Positions 29,692-38,555 of a stretch of DNA of 64,000 nt are shown here, in pieces. Made by a program: the position numbers and the translations under genes. Within the stretch, counting starts at the first letter, position 1. Each line of letters begins with the position of its first letter. The notes under the pieces are model-generated. The model worked only from the letters and a program-made list of their open reading frames with translations, was not told the DNA's origin and searched no databases. Origin of the DNA: an uncultured virus (IMG/VR IMGVR_UViG_3300007515_000005) (Duplodnaviria > Heunggongvirae > Uroviricota > Caudoviricetes > Demerecviridae); the IMG/VR virus record IMGVR_UViG_3300007515_000005; one strand, written 5' to 3'.

Positions 29692-29910
29692 TCACCTTTT
29701 CACCATTCTACCATTCCATAATCTCTCATGCCAATAGTATAAAACAAGTTTTGTTAAAACTTCTACACTAGCTATAGAGCCTGCAAATACTAAATTGCCT
29801 GTTATAAAAAAGCTCAATACAAATGTATCTGTTGTTGCTAATACTCTCCAAGTCATTGTTTTGAAAAAACTTCTCTTTCTACTATTAAATTTTCTACTCA
29901 TGTCTACCAT
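29692..29910 (-). CDS. DUF2061-like small membrane protein
   Basis: RSFFKTMTWRVLATTDT...KLVLYYWHERLW. Confidence 0.8.
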   Translation of the reverse strand: MVDMSRKFNSRKRSFFKTMTWRVLATTDTFVLSFFITGNLVFAGSIASVEVLTKLVLYYWHERLWNGRMVKR

Positions 29911-30305
29911 TTCTCCATTGGTTTTTTATTCGGGTCTGCATAATCATGTGGTAATGATATGCGATAAGGGTTATGCCCTTTTCCAACCCACTTAAAATGA
30001 CGAGAAACCATAAAAGGACTTATTTCGTATGCATAATCACATACAGCTAAATCATCTCCTAATACGCCTCCGTCACAATACTTATCTATTTCATCTTCGT
30101 TATTTGCTGACAAATACTGAATTTTTCCAAATTTGTCAATCACTTTAGCGAAAACATGAAATGTTTTTTTATTTTTTGTACACAAACTACTTTCCCTGAA
30201 GTAAGTCGGCACAATCTTTTTCTCCGCTTCTTTTAGAGTTCTTTCAATCATTCCTTTCATGAACTCGCCTTCAGGGTCTATAGTCATGTTATAGCCCCCA
30301 CACAC
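29904..30305 (-). CDS. Hypothetical protein
   Basis: 133-aa ORF within the operon. Confidence 0.55.
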   Translation of the reverse strand: MCGGYNMTIDPEGEFMKGMIERTLKEAEKKIVPTYFRESSLCTKNKKTFHVFAKVIDKFGKIQYLSANNEDEIDKYCDGGVLGDDLAVCDYAYEISPFMVSRHFKWVGKGHNPYRISLPHDYADPNKKPMEKW

Positions 30306-30604
30306 ATCTGTAGATGTTTTAAGTCTTGTTTAGGGGATTTCTCTAACCCTGCCAATCTACTATACTCTGTATCTAAAAGTTTAGCAATATCCAATATAAT
30401 TTCTGCTTTAGTCATTGGAATTTCGCCTGTTTTAGTTCTGTAGATAGCTTTTTGATACACACCTTCTCTCGAAAGTTTGCCAATTATAGATTTTATACTC
30501 TTATTTAATGTTTGAGCAAGTTCATCTACTGTATCTCTATTTGGCTGTGCAGTATATTTATTAACCATATACTCAACTTGCTCGTCTGTATAGTTTGCTG
30601 CCAC
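30284..30604 (-). CDS. T5 A2-like DNA-binding protein, paralog of 34115-34429
   Basis: NYTDEQV...KSIKSIIGKLSREGVY...TKTGE...KAEII aligns by eye with 34115-34429. Confidence 0.7.
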   Translation of the reverse strand: MAANYTDEQVEYMVNKYTAQPNRDTVDELAQTLNKSIKSIIGKLSREGVYQKAIYRTKTGEIPMTKAEIILDIAKLLDTEYSRLAGLEKSPKQDLKHLQMCVGAIT

Positions 30605-30678
30605 TATAATACTCCTATCATTATAATAATAAAGATCGCCGCTAATACTAGCATTAGTCGCGGGTCATTATCATACAT

Positions 30679-30903
30679 TTACTTATAATATAGGTTTAAT
30701 CCCAAAAAGGCTTCTCTATCGCCACTTATTTCATTACCTATATTTATTTTAGCGTTACCACTTGAGCTAGCAATTAGGGTAGTTTTACCACTAGCGCTAG
30801 GCCCAATATCCTTGCTGGTATCTATCTTAATTGTTAGCATACCTGCATCATCAACGAAATATTCTAGGCTTTCGTTTTTACCTATTTTTTCAAATTCTTC
30901 CAC
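30679..30903 (-). CDS. Conserved small hypothetical protein
   Basis: LTIKIDTSKDIGPSASGKTTLIASSSGN. Confidence 0.6.
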   Translation of the reverse strand: MEEFEKIGKNESLEYFVDDAGMLTIKIDTSKDIGPSASGKTTLIASSSGNAKINIGNEISGDREAFLGLNLYYK

Positions 30904-32877
30904 TAATCTTCTCCTTTATCGTCTGGGTTAAAATCTAAATCAAAATCGAAGTCGAAATCAAAGTCAGACTCAAAATCTGGCTCAAAATCTACAACTTCCT
31001 CCTTCTCTGGTTCTACTAGCTTCCACAGAGCCGCTAGTTCTTTTACTAATTTTCCGTATTCATCTAAATTTTTAGCTAGAGTTACATTTAAAAGGTCTAT
31101 GTCCGATTTAATATAATCATTCTCGATTTCTACTTCTCTTAACCTAGCTTGCTTCATTTCAATACGCTGTTCTACATTTGGAGATTTTGGAAATTTTACT
31201 ACATTATTTGCCATGATATTCCTCCACAGGCAGACTCCATTCAATATACATAGGCCCTAGCTCTAAATCTTGTTTTCTAGCTATACCTGCCATCACTTCA
31301 AATGCTCTCTCCTCAAATTCTTCTTTAGACGCTGCGTTTAGTATAATTTCTTTACTTAGTGAGAAATCAGCTACTGCTTCTCCAACCCACTTTCGTTTTC
31401 CTACTGTTAGCCCGTCTACTAATGTTTCACCTGTCTTTTGGCTAATTTCTATTCTTTCTCTTGCCACTACCATAACCTCCATTTTTTCTTTTCTGATGTT
31501 TTTTCGAGAACAGCTATTTCTTCTTGTAGGTTAGCTACTTCTTTCTGTTTCTTACTTATAGCTATTTCGTATTTTTTAGACTCATGCACTTGTTCCCACC
31601 ATTTTCGCACTAAAATCCATGCGTCTTCTGGCTCCAGAGGTTCATAGCCCTTTGTTATATACTCTAGCAAATCTTGAACTTTTAACTCGCCGTTTACTAC
31701 TTCAAAACTTAAACCGAAATCATCAAAGCCGCAATCTAGTAGAGTTTCTCTTTCTAAAATCTCACAAACATCAGCTGGAATAGTTAATGTTTGTTCTGTA
31801 TATTCTACTGCCACTACTTTACTCCTTTTAAGATTACTAAAATTACTATGCCAAATATTGCACTAACAATCGATGTTGCTAGTATAGCTGGTAATATAAT
31901 TATTTCCATATTAGTTTTACTCCTCTCTTTGCGAGTTCTTTTAATGCTTTAGCCCTCATTTTAGGCTTAGCATTATGTTTGTTTAAATAAGCTATTAGTT
32001 CCTCTTTTGAAACCATAGCCATCGTTCTAAATTTTTCATAAGTTTTAGCTGACTGACCCCATCTGCCTGATTCAACTACTTTATGTCTTTTTTCCCACAT
32101 TTCTGCCATGTGCTTTTCTCCAATGTCTGTCTTGCAACTCACTTTCGAGCGCAAATATTAATAATTTAGCAAATGCTTCATCATTTGCCACCTGTGATAT
32201 GAGCTTTTTAAAATACTCTGTATCTTCTGCTGAGTTCTTTAGTTTTACTACTAAATCCCTTAAGCTTATGTTTTCTTCCCAATCCATCTATTTTCCTTAT
32301 ACTATAATAGCATACTATAACAATAATCATGTATAATAGCTCATTAAATAATTTTTTTACTTCGTTTTTATACTTAGTTTTACTACTTGCTTTCATTCGT
32401 ATCCTTCTTCGCTTGTAGTTTATCTACTAAGTCTATTTCGAAATAGCTTGTTGTTTCGCTTTGCCTTGCGTTAAAGTGTATTGGCCTTCCGTCTTCCCAT
32501 GTGCCATTTAAAATATCGCTAACATGCGGGTCATAATACGCAAGAACAGGCTCGGGTTTTTCCTCCGCCTGTTCTCCTTTTCTTGCCCTGTGAAACCAAG
32601 TCATTCTTCTTCGCCATTGTCGCATTCGGTTATTCCCTCTCCTTCTTGCCAACTATGTTCTCCTTACGCCAGGAGCATAAACATACTCCTCTTTTTTGTC
32701 TAATGCAGCGTCAATTACTTCCTTGCTATCGATTACTACTGCGTTTGTTCCGTCCCAAAAGCCTATGTCTTTTCTTCTTTTGATTTCTTTTCTGGCAGCT
32801 TTTCCCCAACTATCTTGCCTATCTGAAAGCACAGCTAATTGTTTGTCTGTTGTGCCAATTAATAATAATTTTGTCAT
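30903..32877 (-). CDS. Run of small hypothetical early ORFs (about 30903-31214, 31204-31482, 31467-31814, 31900-32109, 32081-32287, 32383-32652, 32653-32877)
   Basis: Tightly packed minus-strand ORFs with SD-like sequences; no recognisable families; some starts revised from the track. Confidence 0.55.
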
Positions 32878-32881
32878 TCCG

Positions 32882-33031
32882 CTACTCCTGTTCGTCTGTT
32901 CTGTTAATAAATTTTCTTTTGCGATAATACTTTTTCCTGTCGCGAAATCTTCTTCCACGCTGGAACCTTGAAGCAAATTTTGCTACTATGTTCCGATTTT
33001 TTCTCTTCGCATTTTTTGTTGATTTTTTCAT
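32882..33031 (-). CDS. Small, very basic leaderless protein (49 aa), ArfA-like pattern
   Basis: MKKSTKNAKRKNRNIVAKFASRFQRGRRFRDRKKYYRKRKFINRTDEQE*; ATG 7 nt after TATAAT of the promoter at 33039-33067. Confidence 0.6.
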   Translation of the reverse strand: MKKSTKNAKRKNRNIVAKFASRFQRGRRFRDRKKYYRKRKFINRTDEQE

Positions 33032-33088
33032 TGTTTATATTATATCACGCCATAACAAAATTGTCAAGAAGTATTTTATGCAAGGCAT

Positions 33089-33116
33089 AAAAAAACCCTG
33101 CCGCTGGGCAGGGTTT
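33089..33116 (-). terminator. Intrinsic terminator closing the large ncRNA unit
   Basis: AAACCCTGCC-CAGC-GGCAGGGTTT followed by a T-run on the minus strand. Confidence 0.85.
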
Positions 33117-33971
33117 GAAAAATAACTTCTAAGCTGTTTGCCTTTTTCTAGAGTAATGAGCCGTAGGAGCCCGTTTATAGCGATGTCCTTTAAACCGCCG
33201 ACCTACTTCCATTAGCCCTCCTTCGTTGCTGCATGAGGTATAGCCCATCAATGCCATGTCCCCCCAACCTATCTCTCAGGTTTGTGCCAGTAGGTTCTCT
33301 GCAAAGGCTCGTTACCTTCGCTCCACTACTAGAGTACCATATTAGGTCGCCTAGATACATGGTGGCTCCTGCTTCCTTTTCGGTATTCCACCGACCGCGG
33401 AGCTGCTCCACATTCTGCTACCCTTAAAATTGGGTAGGCTTTCCATTCTCTCGCTCATGGAAGCGTCTATAGTTCTAGCACTAGAGAGAGCTGAAGCAAC
33501 TACTAAGTGGGGTGCTTCACCGCACTCCGAGATGTTTTCGCTGCATCTACGGGTCAATCACGCCTAGTTTCTTTGGTATCGCAGACAAACTAGGACACTG
33601 CGTGCTTGAACATTCTTATCTATATTTTAAGTGCCGTTGCGGTGGTTGAAGCAATTGCATACACTTTGCACTATATTGTTTCGCAACTCATTGCGTGCTC
33701 ACTCAGTATTTATTCTTGCCCGCTGAATTTAAAAGAGCCTTTTCGGACAATACAAGAGCAGTGGGCAGCTGATATTATCGTACCATCGCTGGTTGCTTTT
33801 CTCCGCCCCTAGTTAGTTTGCTTACTTAGTAAGGCTTACTACTAACGCCTGACTTGCCATCTCTTAGAAGCGTGAGGACTGCGAAGAATGAGTTGTTTCG
33901 AGCCCTCCAGAAATCCGATGTCTTATGTTGTACAGTAATCGGCTTTCCATGCTTCTTTTTGTAATTTCTAT
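33117..33971 (-). ncRNA. Candidate large structured non-coding RNA of about 850 nt, family unassigned
   Basis: Bounded by a consensus promoter (33978-34006) and a terminator; no credible ORF; GC visibly above the flanks; more than 12 local and long-range helices. Confidence 0.75.
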
Positions 33972-33977
33972 TATTAT

Positions 33978-34006
33978 ATTATATATCGCTATCAATAAAA
34001 AGTCAA
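33978..34006 (-). promoter_or_regulatory. Sigma70 promoter for the large ncRNA
   Basis: TTGACT-17-TATAAT. Confidence 0.85.
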
Positions 34007-34114
34007 GAAATTTTTTAAGCAACACTTAAAATAATTTATTTTGCGTTGCTTAAAAAAGTTCCTCGCTAGTTAGTGCTGATATATTCTATCCTAGCGAGAT
34101 TACTTTTTTGGACT

Positions 34115-34429
34115 TTAGCTTAGGTGGTTTACTAAATTCTGTAAATCTACTTTGCTTGCCTTTACCAAAGTTGGGAACTCTGCATCGAGTTTAGCATTAA
34201 TCTGAGCAACAAGTTCTGCTTTGCGAACAACTGGCTCACCTGATTTGGTTACTCTTGGTTGTGCGACATAAACTCCTTCTCTAGATAGCTTCGCAATTAT
34301 GCTTCTGACGGATTTCCCGAATTTGCCAGCTAGTAAGTCAACAGTTTCTCTGTTTGGATTAGCTGTGTAAAGTTTGGTCATTTCTTCGACCATTTCGTCT
34401 GTGTAATTTTTAGCTCTTTCTGCTACCAT
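34115..34429 (-). CDS. T5 A2-like DNA-binding / DNA-transfer protein
   Basis: NYTDEMV...SVRSIIAKLSREGVY...VRKAELVAQI...TLVKASKVDL resembles T5 A2 as recalled; has its own promoter. Confidence 0.7.
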   Translation of the reverse strand: MVAERAKNYTDEMVEEMTKLYTANPNRETVDLLAGKFGKSVRSIIAKLSREGVYVAQPRVTKSGEPVVRKAELVAQINAKLDAEFPTLVKASKVDLQNLVNHLS

Positions 34430-34523
34430 TATTTTCTCCGTTAAAGATGCGTTTTCACGCTTGTTAATTTAATTTCTTATTCTTATATTATGACACGCTA
34501 TTAAGGAAAAGTCAAGAAAAATC

Positions 34524-34706
34524 TTATGCGATATCCTTTAATTCTTGTGTTGGTGTGTAATACTTTTCTAGCTCTTTTATTTTTAGCTCTTGTGTTGCTT
34601 CCCAACCTATAGCTAAGATGCAAACAGTTAAGAACGCTAGCATTGAATAGAGGACATTCCACCTTTTCCAATGGTCGCGTAGTTTGCATTTTTGTAAATT
34701 TGTCAT
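34524..34706 (-). CDS. Small membrane protein (60 aa), leaderless
   Basis: MTNLQKCKLRDHWKRWNVLYSMLAFLTVCILAIGW...; ATG 6 nt after TATAAT. Confidence 0.6.
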   Translation of the reverse strand: MTNLQKCKLRDHWKRWNVLYSMLAFLTVCILAIGWEATQELKIKELEKYYTPTQELKDIA

Positions 34707-35248
34707 TCTTTTATTATATATGGCGTGCAATAGAAAGTCAAGAACTATTTTAAACTTAGCATAAAAAAATAACGCAAACGAATTCTCGGGGGCGGGACGC
34801 GAAATGTCGAACTTCGTTCGAAAATCTCGCAAAAAACGCAAAAATCTTGGCGGGTGTGTGGAAATCTCCCTAAATCTTCGCATAACCCCGCCCAAGTTTT
34901 TTCTTGACAAATCCTACCCCGCTATGGTATAATACCACGGGTGGGGAGGGGTTATTTTAGAAAAGACTAGGCGAAAGCGGCGTGGCGAAACGCTTTCACA
35001 TTTGTACTGAGTTTTAGCACTTATAGTTTTCGCACTGGCGCAGGCGAAGCCTGCTTGTAATGCCCATTCTACCTCGGTTTCCCTTTAATTCTCCCCTTTC
35101 GCTTCAATTTTCCCCCTTTCGCCTCAATTTTCTCCCTATTTTTTGAAAAAAGCATCAATTTTCCCCCCCCCGCCCCGGTTTTTTCCATATTTTCAATTAT
35201 TTTAGGCGGCACCCTTGAAATTTCAAAAAGCGACCCCATATATATTAT

Positions 35249-35398
35249 ATGGAACAAAAAATAACAACCCAAAAACGCCCTAGCAAGAAAGTTCTTCTTC
35301 AAGCTATCGCTGAGAAAGGTGTTGACAGAAAAATCGTTGACTCTTTAGCAAGAGCTAACATTGATGCCCTCACCTTCGTGAACGAATTAATAGTGTAG
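35249..35398 (+). CDS. 49-aa mini-protein like the A2 C-terminal half (copy 1)
   Basis: MEQKITTQKRPSKKVLLQAIAEKGVDRKIVDSLARANIDALTFVNELIV*. Confidence 0.7.
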   Translation: MEQKITTQKRPSKKVLLQAIAEKGVDRKIVDSLARANIDALTFVNELIV

Positions 35399-35961
35399 TT
35401 TTATGAACCCCGCCACAGGTTTATCCCTCAATGTGGCGACCCCTGCGGGGCTGACAGGTTAAACAGCCAAGCATAAGCGAAAAAAGCGACAGATGTTGTA
35501 ATAACTGTGGGAAAAGGTGAAAAGCAACATTTGTTGCTTTTTTTTATTTTAAAAAAACCCTTGACAAGCGAGGGTTTTTATGTTATAATCGGCGCTGCGC
35601 GCCTCCCTTCGGGAACACTTCATTTTTGCACTTAGTTTAGCCACTTACGCTCGAGGCCTTTAGTTTTACCACTTAGTTTTAGCACTTTGGCGCAGGGCAC
35701 GCCTGCGTCTATTTTTCTCCCCGCCATAGCTTCCCTCTTTCTCTCTAGGTCGTTTCAAAAAATCGCCTTTATCCTTGCCTCGTTTTTCTTTTCAAGGCTT
35801 GGTTTAAAATACAGGAAGTATTTTAAACCATGCGGGCGAATTTGTCAAGTCTTTTCGAAAACCCATGCGACACATTCTGTCGCAGGCAGAAGCCGAGCCA
35901 AAAAAAATTTTTTCTTCGCTTCGGGCTTCTGCGACAGTCCCTTTTTCGTGAAAGCTAAATT

Positions 35962-36114
35962 TTAGCTTCTGGCGTTAATTGCCATATCACGAATAACAAT
36001 CAAATTTGTGATGTTCGTTCTCTCAAGAGAAGGAAAATCGAACAAATCGGTGTTCTCCGCAATCTCACGAATAAGTGCCTTTTTGGAAGGTCTTTTTTCA
36101 TTCGAATTCAACAT
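35962..36114 (-). CDS. 50-aa mini-protein like the A2 C-terminal half (copy 2), leaderless
   Basis: MLNSNEKRPSKKALIREIAENTDLFDFPSLERTNITNLIVIRDMAINARS*. Confidence 0.75.
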   Translation of the reverse strand: MLNSNEKRPSKKALIREIAENTDLFDFPSLERTNITNLIVIRDMAINARS

Positions 36115-36332
36115 GAAAGGGATTATAGCAAAAAAGCGTTCACAAGTCAAGAAAAAAGTCAAGAAAAAAGTGAAAAAAAAAGTTGAAAAAAAGTTGAAAA
36201 AAAGCTTGACATTTGGGCGGGGGTGGTTTAAAATTACGTAGTAATTTTAAACAACCCTCCCAGAAAGACCCCCCTCCCAAAAACCAAAAAATCCCATTGG
36301 TCAATTTTTGACCAGTGCCGAATCGGCGCGCC

Positions 36333-36353
36333 AAATGAGAATCATTCTCATTT
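36333..36353. promoter_or_regulatory. Fur-box-like palindrome 1
   Basis: AAATGAGAAT-C-ATTCTCATTT, a perfect 10-1-10 palindrome. Confidence 0.75.
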
Positions 36354-36386
36354 AGCCGATTGGTTAAAAATTAACCAGTACAAATT

Positions 36387-36983
36387 TTAACCAATTCCAT
36401 TTATCAAGATTTTTAAAAGTTCCTCTTTGCTAGTATCTTTTTTAACAACATTCCAAGAAGGACAAGCTAGAAACATTTTTTCTTTTGCGTCTGTAATGTC
36501 ATTAAAGTATTTTATAGCAAGTGCGTCAGTCTTGCTGTATTTGTAAGGCTTGTTTATTTTTCTCAATTTTAAAATTTGCTCTTGCCTGTCTTTGTCTAAA
36601 GAAATCCAATTTTTAATTATTGTAATTCCGTTTTCCTCTTGTTTGGTTTCCCATGCTTTAACCTTTCTCATGTGGTTAATGTATTGTCTAGCTGTGCAAT
36701 AATTATAAACAGGGTGTACCCATGAACGAGTGTGCCAAGACCTATCAAAAATAACAAGCTCATTTTTTCTTGGCATAATTCTTTCATAATCTGAAAGCCA
36801 TTTTTTCATTCTTGTTTGTGTGGGCATTCCTTGATGGCGATATGTAAAAGGAATATCATAATTAATTAAGAGTTTGACAAAACCGCCTTTTCCTGAAGCG
36901 TCTCTACCCTCTAAAACAAAAGCGATTTTTTGCCCTTTTAAATTTGCTAGTTTTTTGTGAAGTTGATTTATTAATTTTTGCAT
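36387..36983 (-). CDS. ppk2: Polyphosphate kinase 2 family protein, compact
   Basis: Walker A EGRDASGKGG and Walker B IFDRSW; start revised to MQKLINQ, which overlaps the stop of a 34-aa upstream ORF (TAATG). Confidence 0.85.
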   Translation of the reverse strand: MQKLINQLHKKLANLKGQKIAFVLEGRDASGKGGFVKLLINYDIPFTYRHQGMPTQTRMKKWLSDYERIMPRKNELVIFDRSWHTRSWVHPVYNYCTARQYINHMRKVKAWETKQEENGITIIKNWISLDKDRQEQILKLRKINKPYKYSKTDALAIKYFNDITDAKEKMFLACPSWNVVKKDTSKEELLKILINGIG

Positions 36984-37092
36984 TATTTTATATAAAGTTT
37001 TTTTGTTGAGTGTTTGCCCTTTCCCCACATTGAATTTTTAATATCGTGCATTGTTGGGATTGGGTTTTTTCTTTTTTCGTTTTTCATAGTTC

Positions 37093-37545
37093 CTATTTTA
37101 ATCTAAGTGCGTTGTTATGTAAAGTTTTAATTCCTAGTTTTTGCAATTCTTTTCTAATGATTTTGTTATCGTCAAACATGATTTTTTCCATGCCTTGAAA
37201 TTGTTTGAGGTTGAAAAGTCTTTTTAATTTTGCGGTTTTTAATTCTGCGTCATTTCTGAAATCGCCCTCTTTCCTAGAAAGAATAATTTTTGCGTTTAAG
37301 CCATGATGAGCCAAAAAATCAAAATCCGCTTTTTTCATGTTTCTAGCTGTGCAAATCCAAACATTTTTATTTGCTTTAATTAATGCTTTCATAAATTTAG
37401 CAAGGGGTAAAAGTTCATCTTTAAAAATGTTTTCTCTAGTTGAATTTTTAATCCATTTTTCAAGGTCTATTTTTCCTTCAGCATTTCCAGAAAATCTGTG
37501 GCTTGAGTCTATCGTTGTTGCGTCTAAATCAAAAATATAAATCAT
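37093..37545 (-). CDS. HAD-superfamily phosphatase (PNKP-phosphatase / Dmp-like)
   Basis: IFDLDATT, ICTAR, a conserved Lys and MFDDN. Confidence 0.85.
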   Translation of the reverse strand: MIYIFDLDATTIDSSHRFSGNAEGKIDLEKWIKNSTRENIFKDELLPLAKFMKALIKANKNVWICTARNMKKADFDFLAHHGLNAKIILSRKEGDFRNDAELKTAKLKRLFNLKQFQGMEKIMFDDNKIIRKELQKLGIKTLHNNALRLK

Positions 37546-37546
37546 T

Positions 37547-37669
37547 TTAAAAACCCCTTATTACAAGGTAAATAATTCCGCCAATAACAAGAATGTCAGC
37601 GGAGATTGAGTAGATAACATATGCTTTAAAAAGCAATCCTAGTATTTTTTGTAGTTCTTTGTTTTTCAT
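37547..37669 (-). CDS. 40-aa single-TM peptide (copy A), leaderless
   Basis: MKNKELQKILGLLFKAYVIYSISADILVIGGIIYLVIRGF*; after TTGACA-17-TAAAAT. Confidence 0.75.
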   Translation of the reverse strand: MKNKELQKILGLLFKAYVIYSISADILVIGGIIYLVIRGF

Positions 37670-37748
37670 GTGTCCAATTTTACTAAATTTTGGGGTGTCT
37701 GTCAATAGACCAAGCGAAAATAATTGATATTTATTTTTTCGAAAAAGC

Positions 37749-37813
37749 TTGACAAGGCGGGGGCGGGTGTGGTAAAATCGGCGCCCCAAATGAGAACCAT
37801 TCTCATTTGGGGG
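37749..37813 (+). promoter_or_regulatory. Promoter followed by Fur-box-like palindrome 2
   Basis: TTGACA-18-TAAAAT-CGGCGCCCC-AAATGAGAACCATTCTCATTT-GGGG. Confidence 0.7.
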
Positions 37814-37845
37814 GCATTCACAAAATTTATATTGAGCCATAAATT

Positions 37846-38286
37846 TTAGTGATAGGCTTTCTTTCCTTTTAGGAAGGCGGGCATTTTATATATTGAGCCG
37901 TCTCTTTTCCTTTCCCATTGCTCTGGCATTGGGGCAGGATTAGATTTAAAGTATTTAAATCCGAGAGCAATATATTTCTTTAGGTGTTTAATTCCTTTGG
38001 GGGAATAGAACCATTCCGAGCCACCATTAGATTTAAATTTACCCATACCTTGCCACCTCTTTTGATAACCCGCTTTCATTAGATAGTGTTGTATTTGCCA
38101 TTCGATAGTATAAGCGTCATGCCTATTTGGTATCTCTATCGTATGCAATACCTGTAGCCTATGGTCATCTCCAAATTCCTTGCGTATAGATGTCTCTATA
38201 TCATATCGTCTATGGTGTATGTTATTGGCTACCCCTATCTTATGATAAGGTTTCTTATTGCATTTCATTATGTATAGTGTAGTCAT
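37846..38286 (-). CDS. GIY-YIG/T5orf172-like nuclease-domain protein
   Basis: LYIM...HKIGVA...R...E.QI...GGSEWF. Confidence 0.7.
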   Translation of the reverse strand: MTTLYIMKCNKKPYHKIGVANNIHHRRYDIETSIRKEFGDDHRLQVLHTIEIPNRHDAYTIEWQIQHYLMKAGYQKRWQGMGKFKSNGGSEWFYSPKGIKHLKKYIALGFKYFKSNPAPMPEQWERKRDGSIYKMPAFLKGKKAYH

Positions 38287-38504
38287 TAGTCTGTTAATGT
38301 CCTTATGATTGTGGCTACCCCTATGCCTACCCCTACCCCTACAACAAGAAGCATATAAGTATCAGCATAATTAAATGCGTTGAAAGCAACATCGTCATAG
38401 CAATAAGGTGTTTTCTCTACCAGTTGTCTTGCTGACCATATGCCGAATGATGTAAGAGCAATGGTTAGAGCCGAGCCGATTGTTAGTATTATTTTGTTTA
38501 ACAT
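38286..38504 (-). CDS. Small 2-TM membrane protein
   Basis: Two hydrophobic helices; SD AAGGA. Confidence 0.6.
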   Translation of the reverse strand: MLNKIILTIGSALTIALTSFGIWSARQLVEKTPYCYDDVAFNAFNYADTYMLLVVGVGVGIGVATIIRTLTD

Positions 38505-38555
38505 TTGTTTTCCTTTTTAAAAATGGGGGGTGAGTAATGGCACCCCCCTAACCAT

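Larger units (their letters stand above)
34760..36385. repeat. Mostly non-coding region dense in promoters, repeats and palindromes (pre-early / injection-stop-like)
   Basis: At least six promoter-like sites on both strands, GTTTTAGCACT-type repeats, about 20-nt TCAATTTTCCCC repeats and phased A-tracts. Confidence 0.6.

Noticed and set aside
33190..33812. Four short tracked ORFs inside the large RNA region
   Set aside because: They overlap on both strands, lack convincing SDs and show no motifs; the base-pairing pattern explains the region better.
33117..33971. RNase P RNA, tmRNA or group I/II intron identity for the large RNA
   Set aside because: GGAAAGCC resembles the RNase P 5' P4 strand, but I find no matching 3' strand. 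There is no tRNA-like CCA end, no domain V and no interrupted host gene. A covariance search is still needed.
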